From NCBI GenBank assembly GCA_002104945.1, contig MCFH01000011.1, forward strand, positions 620,001 to 684,000: DNA of 64,000 nucleotides. Reading direction: 5' to 3'. Each line of letters starts with the position of its first letter. Positions within the stretch are counted from its first letter, which is position 1. Below are positions 45,486 to 59,216 of the stretch, in pieces. Below the pieces are notes generated by a model, which worked only from the letters and a program-made list of their open reading frames with translations, ran no database searches and was not told where the DNA came from. This DNA is from Piromyces finnis finn (Eukaryota > Fungi > Neocallimastigomycota). A program made the position numbers and the translations under genes.

Positions 45486-46015
45486 TTAATGAAAAATACT
45501 TATTAAAGAATCTTCTTTGTTTAATCGTTTTTGTTTTAGTTTTTCAATAATAATAGTATATCTATCATTTAAGGCTAATATTTGATCTTTATTATCATCA
45601 TTATGATTATAAAAAATATAAAATTTTTATTATTTAATTTTTTTAATTTAATATTATATTTTGAATATTAAATATTATTTTATATAACTAACTTACTTGA
45701 TAATACTTCATTTTTAATAGATTCATCTACAATGCGTTCAACTAATTCTTTACAATCTTTTTCACATTCACTTAAAACAATCTATAGTTTATTTTTAATG
45801 GAAATTGTATTATTAACTTAACATTATTGCTATAAGGTTTAAAATTAAATAATAATTAAATTATATTTACATTTTGTGTTTCTTTTTCACTATCGTCTGA
45901 ATTAATCATTTGTTCTAATAATTTTATATTATTTTCTAGAGACTCAGTCTTTTCTATTAATTTACGTTCTTCCTCTTCTTTTTTTGATAGTTTTATTGCA
46001 AGTTCGGTGTCATGC

Positions 46016-46047
<32 letters not shown>

Positions 46048-49000
46048 TATTTAATATTTGTTAAAATTAGGTTTAATATCAACTACTTTTTTTTATAAAT
46101 CATCATTATCATAATTAATAATTTTGAAATAATTATTCTTACCTTAAGTTGCTCATCTTCACCCATATCAATATTATTATCCATACTACTATTAGAATGA
46201 TTATCGGTAGAATCTTGAAATTGATATATTGGTGGTGCTAAAGATCCACTTCTATTATTGTTAGAAATACGGTTCTGACTATGTGTATTACTATTTAGAC
46301 TATTTCTATTACTACTGGGCAACGCAGAACTTATTGTACTACTACTTGATCTTTTCATTAATTTTTTTGGTGTATTCAATAATTTTTGATAGAAATTATC
46401 ATTTGGTTCGATTGGTGAAGTACATTGATTTATATCAAATTCCTTAAATTCATTGGTGTCGGCTGTTTCTATATATGGATTTAATGTCATATTTCTACTA
46501 CATGATATTAATATATCAGATAGAATACGTTGGAATTCTGGTTCTATTTCATTATCTATTTCATTTTGTATTACGAATTGGGAGAGTTGTAAACTTGTAA
46601 TAGTATTATTTAACTTTAATGATACTGATAATGCAACAACACCTGCAATATCTATTGGATTTAATCTTAAATTAAGAACACGAAGTGCTTTATTTAATGG
46701 GAAGATTTCGGCAATAGTAATAGCACCTACAATTTTTGAAAAAAAAAAAAAATTAAAGTTATAAATATAAATATATATAAAAAATAATTGTTATATATAT
46801 TATTTACAAATTATTTTGCATTTATATTATATTTTCCCTTTTATTTACCTTCTGAATTTAATCCAGTTTGAGCCATATTTAATTCCATTAATGTTTTATT
46901 GGCAATTAAAGCATTTTTTAATTGTATTATTTGATCTAATTCTGAACATAATTTCTTATTTTTACTAATATCAATGGTTTGCAATACATCATTTTGAATC
47001 TACAATAATAGCAGCAAAGAAAATTACCATTTAATAGATAGAAAATTAAAAAATGTGATGCCTATAATACATAAAAAGATATATATATATGATGAAATGA
47101 ATATTATAATAATGTTTAACTATAGATACCAAAATCTCAGATAATATTGCCAATTCTGGTGCTTCCAAATTATTATTTCTAATAATTAAATGTTTTAAAT
47201 ATGGATTATTAATTAAACCCTTTGAAAATGAAAAGAAGCATGGCTATATTATTTTATCATTAACAATATTTAGTATCAATTATAAAAAAAGTATATTAGC
47301 AGATGTATAATTATAATAAAATTCTTGTTTTTTAAATAATTTTAAAATATTTCTAATACGATTAAAAATGAATGACTATTACCTTTAATTTACTATTACT
47401 TAAATTAATATAGGTTAATCCATTTAAACTTGTCATATCTTGTTTTTTGAATAATGGTATAGATGGATTAATCAAATGGGCTAACATTTCCCCACAATCA
47501 CTGTTGAATTTATTATTTTTGAGAGAAAGATATTTTAAATTGGATTTATGAACACCCTTAGCTTATGTATTATCAGATTAAATAGAATTTTTTATTTTAA
47601 TATTAAAATATATAATATATATAATAAATTTATATTTAAGTAATTTCTATTATATAGATATTTACCAAACATTTTTAAGAAATCATGGTAGTTTACTTGA
47701 CAGCCATCCATAATCAAAAGTTTTAAAGAAGTATCACTTTCCAATGCAATAGATAAATAACTAATTAATTCCCAATTAAAGAAAAGTTTCGATATGTTTA
47801 AACTACAAAGTTTTTTATGCTAAAGTAAATAATTTACATGAAAACATTATATTATTATATGAAAATTAAAAATATTTTTACATAATCTTTAATACACAAT
47901 GCATTTTTTAACTTCAATAATAATAATAATAATAATAATAATTATAATACCTTTCTTATAAAGGAAGAAATATATTTAACTCCTTCACTACTTTTTGAAT
48001 TGTTTGCAATATTTAAATGTCTAAGAGTTTTTATTTGAAGTAAACTATTTAATATTACTTTCATTTCCTGTTATATTTTTTTTTTTTAAAAAAAAATAAT
48101 AATAAAATGTTTGTATATTTATCATAAAGTATTATTAAATCATTTAATTTTAATAGGATAATATATATTATATTTAATTATAATAAAAATGATAATGATT
48201 ATTAAAAAAAATTACATCATTAACAATCCCTGTATTTTCTAGATTTAAAGTTTCTAAACCAAATCTAATAGCTAATAAATCAGATAAAGAAATAACAGAT
48301 GATTTTGTGATTGAAACATCTTTGGTATATAAAATAATTAACAATAAAAATATTTAAATAGGTAAGCAAAAAAATAAGAAAACATAAATGTATACATATA
48401 TATATTATATCTTTAATTAATTAATAAGATTTTTAACGCTACCATGTATATCAATGACTGGTACTATTCTTTCACCATCATTTATTTTTTTTCTTAGCAT
48501 TGAAATAATTGGTATAATTGGTTTTTCATTTCTTCTTTTCCATTCAATTTCATATGCCTTTAAAATTTGTATTGGAGTTAATGGATACTTTTCTTTTGGA
48601 TTTGTCAATGGCTTTTCAATTTCCTCTTCTTCCTCCTCTTCTTTCTCTTCATCATACAATTCATCAAGATTTACTATATCTCCTTCTTTAATTCCTTCAA
48701 CCTCAACTAAATTTTCATCGCTTTTATTATCTTTGACTTCATTTGAAGGATTAGTTTGATCATTTAATAAATAATTTAAATTGGTATCTTCTGTTATTGG
48801 AGTTTCATTAGTAATTGTATTTAAATTTACATTATTCTGAGTTTCTGATATTATATTTCCTTCGCTATTATTATTATTATTTTGAGAAGGATCAATATTT
48901 GTTGGGGTTGTTGGGGTTGATGGAATCGGACCTGGCGAAGTTGGTGTAGGGTTAATATTTTTTATAGAATGACCATGATTTAAACTATCTTTTCTTTGTG

Positions 49001-50247
49001 CTACAGAAATAGGTCTATTTCTTAGTTTTTCTTGTTGTTCTTGAATTTTTTGAAGTTGTACCTGATAATAAGAAAGGCGATTTTCATCATTTGCTAATGC
49101 TGTTGAAATATCTTCAAATGAAAAACGAACACGTTTTGGTATATCATGTAAAAATAAATCCATACTATCACATATATCTTTTTTCTCTTGTTCTGGATTT
49201 ATACGAGTGGTTTCGTCGATAGCCGTAGTATTTCCAATAGCATCATTATAATAATTATTAAGGTAAATGGAATCATTGCTTTTTGATTTCCAAGTACCTT
49301 GACCATTTGTTAAACTTGTAAATTGACGTTCAATAACCATATTTGCATTATTTGAAAAAGATTTAAATGCACTGGAAATAGTATTACCTGATGTACCAAA
49401 TTTTTCTTTGAACCAATCTTTTTTAAATAAGTTATTCTTTTGTGGTTGAACATTTGTTACCTTTAAAATACTTTTGGAAGGTTTATGGAATTTTAGGTTT
49501 TGAATAGGATCTTTTTTATATATAATTTTTAAATTATTAGTAAGCAATTTTATTATTACAAAAAAATATTTTTGCCGTTGTATATTATAATATTTTTTGT
49601 TTATATGTATATTATTATAATTTTGTAAAATTATATATTATATTAAATATAAGATTTCATATTTAAATTTTAAAGTTTAAATTTTAAAATTTTAAATTAG
49701 AATTACATTTTTATTATTTATTATTTAAATTATTGTATTTAATAAGTTATTAAAATTGAATTTAAAATAAAAGATTTTATAAATATAGAATGTGATACAT
49801 TAAGATTTTTAAAAATATTTTATTTTATTTGTTAATAATTATGAGATTATATAAAATTTGATTTCTTATCTAAAATATATATATATATATAATACCTTTA
49901 TTATTAGATTCTATTTTTTTATATAAAATGAAATTGGATTTTGGGTTACTTTCTTCATTATCATCATCACTAATAATATTGTCAGTATCATCAAAATTTG
50001 GAACTATACTGCCATTAGCATCTACATCTGAATAAATATCACTGCTATCAATAGCTGGATTTATTGAAGAAGGACTTTGTGGTGAATTCAAGTTCATTTT
50101 ATTTAAATTTAATTGAATAATGGAATTATCAGATTGTTCATTTATTTTCATATTTTCATTATTATTTATGACAACTTGTAAAGATGATTGAATATTGTTA
50201 TTATTATTTTCATTATTGCTTATAAAAGTATCATCCTTATTTTCCAT
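45486..50247 (-). CDS. RNI-like leucine-rich-repeat PP1 regulator (PPP1R37/LRRC68 or yeast Mhp1-like), at least 12 exons; the 3' end may extend about 250 bp further
   Basis: Exons 50247-49896 and 49510-48443 are followed by many short LRR exons. RVxF PP1-docking motif KRVRF at about 49122-49137. ILKAYEIEWKRRNEKPIIPIISML parallels PPP1R37 (VIGAYKQACQKLNCRQIPKLL). RNI-type repeats such as GAITIAEIFPLNKALRVLNLRLNPIDIAGVVALSVSLKLNNTITSL. Confidence 0.75.
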
Positions 50248-52749
50248 TTCTATATATTTTTAAGGTATATAAATAACAAAAATAATAAATAATATTAAAT
50301 TAATTGATATAATATTTTAAATGTTCATTTATTCTGAAAAAAAAAATATATATATATAATGCTTCGGGTATTAATATGAATTTATAATTGATTTTATATA
50401 ATTATAAAAAGTTTACTATTTTATTATTTTTTTTTTTTTTGTTAATGATAATGATAACAATAACAATAATAATAAAAGCATATATTTATAAATAATTTTA
50501 ATTTTCAGTTATTATATATTTTTTTCTATTATTACTTTTACTTTTACTTTTTAATTATCTTTTCTTTTTAAGATTCATATATATATATATAATTTTTATT
50601 ACTAATTTAAAAAATAATTTTTTTTTAGTTTTATTATTTTTTTTCATTTATAGCAGTTATACCACTATAAAAGAATATTTATTTTTTTGTTAATTTCTTT
50701 CTTTCTTTTTTTTTTTTTTTTTATAATAAAAATAATTATTATATAGCTACTTGCCTCTGACTTTGATTTGTTTCTTTATTTATATTTTATATAAAATTTA
50801 TATTGTTAATTGAAAATATAAATGTGAAATAATATATGAACAATTGAAAAGTATATTTTAATAAAAAAAATGGTCAGTTTTGTTTATTATTTATTTTAAA
50901 ATTCTTTTGTGCTAATATGTTTATTTGAAATGTGGTGTAAATCGTATTAAATATGGATGGTATAATAGGTATAATAGATTTACCTATTTTTATTTTGATA
51001 TTATTTGTTATTTTATTAACTATTTTTGTTTATGATTATAATAAAATTTATTATTTATTATTGGTGAATGATAATTACTTTTAGTAAATAATTTACTATT
51101 AATTATTTATTATAAAATATTAATGAAAATAGTTTTTAAAATATTAATTATTAAAATTTCAATTATACTATTAATTCAGTTATTAAATTATCAAATATAT
51201 AAAAATATATTTTTATATATGGTATAATAAATTTTAAAGAAAATAAATTGGAATCAGCAGTTTTAATATAAATTAAAAATGGAAAAATTATATATATAAA
51301 TATTATTGACAGAAAAGGAGAAAAAAAGAAAAAGTTTGAAAGAAAAAAGAGAATATATATATTAAAGGTAACAAAATAATATATAGTTTTTAATTTCTTT
51401 TTTTTTTTTTGTAAATATATCATTTGAAAAAAAAAACTATATATAATAAAAGAAAATCCTTTAATCACTTAAAATTAAAAGTTATTTATTAACTTGAATA
51501 TTATTGGACAATAAAGTATGATCAAACTTGACTTAACTTTGTTATATAATTTATAATTTATAATAAAAAAAATTTATTATACTCTGACCTTATTACATTA
51601 TTATTTTTACTTTTTTCACTTATATCGACATTTTTAATGATGATAATTTAAAATTATTTGGAATTTATCATTGTTACTTAATAAGAACAATAGGATTAAT
51701 TTTAGAAAAAATTATTACAATTTTTTTTTGATCTTCTCAAGAGTCCTTACCAGAATATTACACTATAGAAAATCAAGGATTTTTGGGAAGAGTACAAGTT
51801 TAGTAAATCATTAATAAAGATAAATGATTTTTAATTTTCTTTTTTTTTTTTTTGGACAATTATTAAACCTTTTTATTCTTTTTATATTTGTACAACTATT
51901 ATATTTATTTTATTATATACATATTAATCAGTATAGGTTTATTTAAAATATTATTTCCAACACAAAATTTTATATACTAATAAAACTCAATTTTCATTTA
52001 ATAAAAATATATAAATACACTATATATATATATTTATTATATCTTTAGTAATATTATTCATGATAAATAGATATCTCCAATATCTTTAATACATATTCAT
52101 AAAATTTTATTTTTCTATAATAAACATCTTTATTATTAAAGTTTAAAAATAATTTCATGATAATAATGTATACTGAAGAAATAAAAAATTATGATAAACA
52201 ATTTAATAGAAATAGAAATATATATATTTTCTTGATAAATTATACTATAAAATATTTATATATAAGAAAAAAAAAATTCATTTTTTTAAATGTAGTGTTT
52301 AAATAATTAAGCATATATATATATATAAAATAAAAAATGATTTTTAATTTTTTTAATGAGAAAAATGATATATAGTATATTAAAAGAGAAAAAACATTGT
52401 TTTGTTTTTAGTATTTAAATTATTAAAATTAATATTATATGAATACTTTTTTTTCTTTAAAAATTTGTTTTAATAGGTTGGATATATTAATATTAAAATA
52501 TAAACTTTTTTTTTTACTATTAACAATAAAAAAAAATATTTTTTTAATATATTTATAATATTTAAAAGAGCTATTATTAGTTCTTTAAGTGTCACCAATT
52601 TTTTCTTTTTTCTTTTTTTTTTTTTTTTTTTTTTTGTATTATATTCTAATACAGAAATTAAAAATTCTTTATTTTTTTTCTTGATATTTTACTTAATCCA
52701 AGTAAAATTGTTAAGAATGTATAACGAAAGGATTTATTGTTTATTTAAT

Positions 52750-55417
52750 TTAAAATATATTTTCCATCATTTTCATCATTTCTAAAACATCTGGAGGAAT
52801 ATTATTTTTATTTTTAATAAAGATGTCAAAGGCTTGAGTAATAGAATTATCTTCAGGATCTATTGGTGAACTATTAGCACTGTTGGAAGCAATAAATGTC
52901 ATCTTTACCTTAAAACTGACATTATCACCAACTTTCATATTATTAATATGAGAAACTTCAACATCTGAATATGAGAAATACACTAAGTAAGATTTAATTA
53001 ATTCAAAACTTTTTCCTTCATTTCGTGTATCATTTAATAATACAGAAATAACTTCATCGCTAAGTTGAATGTAACCGGAATTATTTAAAGAATCTAATTT
53101 ATAAATCTTTCCATTGTATTGAACATTATTTTGGAAAAATACTTGTTGTTTTTGATAATCTTTTTCGAAAGTTGGAGAATTAAAAAGAGATGAGGTATCG
53201 ATACCACTATTAACACTATTACCTGAATGAATAGTTGGTGATGTAATTTCTGTAGAATATTGAGTAGTTTGAGTGGGATTAATAAGGGATTGGTTTTGAG
53301 ATTGTGCTGAGGATGGTGATAAAGAGGTATTTGAAGAAATATTGAAAACACTATTAAAATTATTTAATGGATTCATAAAGGAAGGTATTTGATTTATTGT
53401 TGAACTATTGTTATTTATGTCAAGTGAAGAATGACTTGTATTGTTAATATTTAATGCTAATGGTGAGGTAACTGGTGAAGGAATATTAGGCTTGTTATTT
53501 ATTATTTCTATATATGAAAATATTAGAATATAATTATAATATATTAAAATTATTTTTTTTAGTTCGTTTGTTTGCTTTTTAGTTTAATAAATATAATTAT
53601 TTCATTAATTTTTCTTATATGTATTATATTTATCATAAAAATATAATAAATAACATATACAATATAATATATAAAATATCTATAATCTATAATATTATCA
53701 ATATTACCTGTATCTGTTGAAGTAGTAAAAGACTTTCTATTATTATCTATTGGGTAATGATTATTTTTATTTCCGTAGTTGTTGTTTTTATGTTGGCTAC
53801 CTTCATTATACATTATATTATTGTTTTTATTATTATTTATATTGGTGGTATTGATTTTGTTGTTGTATATGTTATTGTGATTATAGTGGAAATTACTATT
53901 AGATTTTCTATTAAATTTATTCTTATCCTTTTTAGTTGAGTTTTGATAATTCTTATTATAATGTTTATTATGTTTATTTTTAATATCCGTATTATTCTTG
54001 TTATTAGTATTATTATTTCTTGCACCGTTACTATTATTATTGTTGTTATTAAACTTTTTAAAGTTTCTAAATCTTTTTTTAACAATAAAGTTGGAATTAT
54101 TCTTTTTTCGGTCATTTTCAAAACGATTATATATATAATTTGCTGTCTTTTCGGAATCAAATTCTAACAAAATATAAGCTATGGAATCCATTGGTTCAAA
54201 TATGTCTTTACATAAATCTTCTGGTTTATAAAACATGTTTCTGTAATCTCTAGGATTTTCAATATAAGCAATATGAACAGAATGCTGAATAAATAAGGGC
54301 AGCATTGAGTTTTCTTTATTATTTTTTATTTAATAGTAAAATTTTATAACAGCAATGATAATAATGATGCCAATATTATTTTTTTTTAATAAATTAATAA
54401 TTAAAATATAATATAAAAAATGTATTAATAAATTATATTGTTGAATAATACACTGCTATTATCAATAGTTTATAATTAATTATGAAATATTAAATTTAAA
54501 GATTTTATAATATTTATACCTTTTGAATTTGGATTTATTCCAATATTTGTTGAATTTAAGTTAAATCCATTATTACTATGATACGATATTTCGTTAAATT
54601 CCTTTCTTTTTAATTCTTCTTCTTCTTCTAATTCTTTAAGGTAACAACGACATTGATTCAAAATATCTTGTTGCTTTTGAGTTTGAGTACTATCAATGTT
54701 TAAAGCAACCAAAGTACGTTTTGCTGTTGGCACTAAATTTTCAATAAGTTCTTCTAAAGGTAATGCGGTTCCTTGGCCCTTACGTTTAACATGAGTACGT
54801 TCTGGATTTAATTCTAATTGGTTAGAATAAGTTTCAATGGAATTTGCTAAATATTCTAAATTATTTTGGCAATATTTCGAAATATCTGAATATGCTGTCA
54901 AATGTAAAAGAGGTATATAACCATTGGTATAAGAATTAATTCTTGATAAAAATATTTTATCATGTTGAAGGTGATTTTCTGTAAAACGATCTTCAATTGC
55001 CTTTACAAGTTTTAATGATTGTTCAATTTCAGATTTTTTGGTTTGAAAAGCTGATTCATCACTTGTGGATACTACTAATTCACTCATAATATTTTTAGGA
55101 CGTTGACTTTGAATTGGTGTAGAAGAAAGAGTTGTAATATTAGTGGTATTTGAAGAAGAGATAGTAGATGATAAACTTAGTTTTTCCGCTATAGTCATTT
55201 GTGTTGAAATGGAATCTAAGGTTTGTGTTGGGCCTTGGTATATTTGATATGTAGGTGGTGCATCTGGATTTGATTTATCTTGTAGAGTATAATACGGTTG
55301 TTTTGTATGGAAGAATAATTTTTGGTGTGAATTAAATGAAGGTTGCTTTTGTAAAATCCCACTTATACGATTTTCTCTTTTGACATTATCTTTTTTATAA
55401 TAATTTCTTTTAGACAT
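52750..55417 (-). CDS. La-related RNA-binding protein: divergent La motif, RRM, N-rich linker, C-terminal cold-shock-like domain; 3 exons
   Basis: Exons 55417-54520, 54313-53708, 53507-52750 join in phase 1. La motif KLVKAIEDRFTENHLQHDKIF...NGYIPL...ELNPERTHVKRK; RRM strands KRTLVALNI and YILLEFDSEKTAN; CSD-like NGKIYKLDSLNNSGYIQ...LVYFSYSDV...MKVGDNVSFKV. Confidence 0.72.
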
Positions 55418-57366
55418 TGTGCTTTATTATATATGTGTAATTATTTAATGAAATCTTTATTAATATTTTAAAAATAATTATTATAATTTTTATATTATTT
55501 TTAGTTTAATTGTTGCAGTTATTGTAATAGCGATAGTTTTATTTATAATTAATGATCATCTGAATATATTTCTTAAAAATAACTAAACACTAATTAATCA
55601 TAAATATTAACTGGAAGATTGACTTTTTTTTTTTGATTTTATTGTTATATATGTTATTTAAAATATATAGATAAGTAATTTTATTTAGTATAAATATAAA
55701 ATTAATAAATTAACATTTTAATATAATATCTATTAAATATATTGAATTGATTTTTTTTTTTTTTTTTTTTATATATATTTATATATATTTATTTTTCTTA
55801 TTAATATTATTATTTATATAAAGATATTCGTTCAAATAAAATTTAATTAAAGGGGATTGTTTGTTATATTGTAATTTTAATTTTATAAATATAATTCACT
55901 TTATTAATAAATAATATTATTTAATATTAATTATTACCTTTTATTACTCTTTTGCTTTTCAAATAGTATAAAATTTATTTAATTTTTTTAATTTTATATT
56001 AAATAAAAAATAAAACATTAAGTCTTTATTTTAAGATTTGAGATTGATAAAATTAAATGAAATGCTAATTACTTTCATTTATATAAATTAACCTTTTACT
56101 TAATAAAATGCATTTATATTCTGAATTACTTTTAAGATACTTTTAATATCTATTAAAAAAAGCAAATGTTTATTATATTTATATTTATGTATATTTTTAT
56201 TTTTTTATAAATTTAAAATTAACGAAAAAAAAAAAAAAGGTACTTTCAAAATATTGTTTTTTGTTCTTATTTTTAATATTATTTTTTTTCTAATTTAAAT
56301 ACTTTAGTATTTAAAGTTTATATCATAATATTACAATATATTAGATTCAATTAATTATATGGAATATACAATTGATTTAATAAATAATATATGATAAATA
56401 TATTCTTTACAATAAAATAAAAAGTATGAATTATATTCTTCTTTTTCAAATAATTATGGTATAAAAAAATAAATTCTTTTAATATCTCACATATAATATT
56501 TATATTAATTATTTATCATAAAATAAAATAGTTTAGTTTATTAAAACTTATTTTTTAAATATTTATTATTTATTATTAATACTAAAAATATAAACAGCAA
56601 TATTATCATTACCACACACTTTTTTCTCTTTTAAAGTATTAATGTAGTTTTTACATATAAGTTGTTATAATATCATATGATTTTCACATTGAAAATATAA
56701 AAGACCTCTATTTATGTTACACAGATTTTCAAAAAAGTGTGTAACATGAAATGAATGAAATATAAAAGAAAAAATTAAAATGCCTTTTATTATTGGGGAA
56801 AAAAAATAAAAAAGAAAAGAAAAAATAATGAGCTTTTATAATAATGCTATAATAAAGGTAAAAGATAAAAATAATTTAGTAATAATTACTTTATGTATTA
56901 CTAGTATCCTTTAACTTTATTTATATAATTAAAAATTCATTTATAAAAAAACATACAGATGAATAAAAAAAATAATAATAAAGTTTTATAATAATTTATT
57001 ATTTAAAATAATTTTTAATAAATTTTTATGTAATGTAATAAAATGTATTATGAAATATGTAACATATAATATAAAGTGTGCTTTTAACTTCAAGGTATAT
57101 GAAAATGTTGAATGAAGATTTTTAAATGTCGATTTATTCTATAAGTATACCCAAATAAAATTTCTTGGAAAAAATAATTAATTAATTTATTAATATATAA
57201 AAATAAAAAATAAATTATAGAAATAAATTTATCAAAAAGAAGCATAATAAATTTAAAAAAAAAAAAATGAATTCACTATTACAAATACCTAACATTATAA
57301 ATTACAGTTTTCAATATAAAAGGTAACTTTGATATGAAAAAAATATTATTAATTTTATTACTATTA

Positions 57367-59216
57367 ATGAAAGTTTTATATTTTAAATCATAGTAATGTA
57401 TATTTTTAAAGCAAAATCTAATAATAAAAAATAATTATATAATTAAATGTATTATTATATGTATGTCTTTATGAAATATTAAAATATTTTTTTTAATACA
57501 TTATAATTTAAATTTAAAATGCAAAAGCTTAATTTCAAATCTTTCTCAAAAGAGAAGTGTAACAAATATTAGAGAAAGTATGTATAAATAAAAATAAATA
57601 TAAAAAAATTTAAGTTATGTTTTTACTAAATTCTTTTAATAATTAATAATAATTAAATTTATATAAAATATTAATTATAGTTCAAACACGATTAAAATCT
57701 ATACAAAATACAAAAAAGATTACAGATTCGATGAAATTAATTGCATCGAATAAAATTGAAAATGCAGAAAAATCTTTAAATGTTGCAAGGAAAATGGGAG
57801 ATTCAATCAATAGTACATATTAATTTATAAATATAATTATTGTTATTTCAATATGTTCATAATTTTTATATAATTTAAATATTATAACATTTCATTAAAG
57901 TGATATGGTATTATTAATTATTTTAAATTAACTTTTTTATACTAATATACTTAGGCTTTTTTAAAAACATAAAAACTTCAAAACAAATATATGATAGAAA
58001 TGTTATTATAGCAATTGGTTCAGATAAAGGTTTATGTGGAGGTATTAATACCTCTGTTTCCAGAGCCTTAAAATATCTTGTGAAAGAAGAAAATGGAAGA
58101 AAAAATTCTGATGAAAATAGTAATAAATCAAAAGTATTAAAAAAGTTAAAATCATCTTCTATAAATAATGACAATAATGAAGAGTCTCAGCAACATCATG
58201 TATTTATTATTGGAGAAAAAGTAAAATCTCAAGTTGCCAAAGATATTCCATCCCACATTGAAATGATATATAGTGGTATTGGTGGTAAGAAACAATCAGG
58301 GCCTTCCTTTTATGAAGTATGTTTAATATGTGATGATATTAATTATGTTATGCAAGAAAATTTATTAAACTCTGATATCAATGAAGATAATTCATATAAT
58401 GAGGTTTTTGATTCAGGATTTATTCTTTATAATAAATACATAAATTCAGTTTCATATGAAATTTCTACTATACCTATTTATTCTAGAGAAGCTATTATAA
58501 ATTCACGTAGGCAATCTAAAATTCATAATTTTAACATTTCATAATAGTTTTTTTTTTATTTTTATTTTATTTTATTTTATTTTATTTTTTGACATTTTTA
58601 TAATTTTCATTCACATATAATAATGTTAAATTAAAACCTTTATATATATATATATATATCATTTTCAAATTATTTAATTTTTTAAAATGTATATAATAAA
58701 TAGCAAATTTATTATCATATAAATATGATGAAGATATATTTGATGAGTTACAGGAATTTTCATTTGCTATCAATTTATATTTGGCACTTTGTGAAGGATA
58801 TATGTCTGAATTGAGTTCTAAAAAGTACGCTATGGAAAATTCTAGTAGAAATGCAAGTATGTTTAATTATATTTTGTTATAGTTAATTTTGCAACATGAA
58901 ACTTTTTTATAATAAATATTTTAAAGATGAATTGTTATAGAATCTAAAATATGTTTTTCATTTTTTATTTATTTTATATAATTAAATCTATATAAAAGAG
59001 GAAATAATTAATAATTTAGTTAAATCAATTAATTATTCAAGACAAACTCATATCACAAACGAATTGATTGATATTTCAACAGTAATTTGAGATATATATA
59101 ATTTAAAAAAAAAAAAAAAAAAAAATAGGATAACAAAATCATACTAATACTGTTTAATGTTTAATATATATATTTGATTCTATGATATATAGGGAGCAAA
59201 TAATTATAAAAAATAA
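57367..59216 (+). CDS. ATP3: F1-ATPase (ATP synthase) gamma subunit, divergent, with a putative organellar presequence, about 339 aa, 7 exons (the first two exons are tentative)
   Basis: Exons 57367-57392, 57528-57577, 57681-57812, 57955-58506, 58704-58856, 58999-59081, 59193-59216 total 1020 nt with all phases consistent. Gamma hallmarks: IREIQTRLKSIQNTKKITDSMKLIAS, SDKGLCGGIN, IIGEK, YNKYINSVSY, SELSSKKYAMENSSRNA and RQTHITNELIDISTGA. The ORF track shows only a fragment of this gene. Confidence 0.9.

Noticed and set aside
51690-51810. Short complex island that translates as SSQESLPEYYTIENQGFLGRVQV on the + strand
   Set aside because: It is bounded by stops with no start codon or in-frame acceptor, and I could not link it to a gene on either strand.
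56714-56747. 10-bp inverted repeat (atgttacaca...tgtgtaacat) upstream of ATP3, considered as a Helitron 3' hairpin or regulatory site
   Set aside because: No CTRR terminus follows it, it is single-copy, and chance occurrence is plausible.
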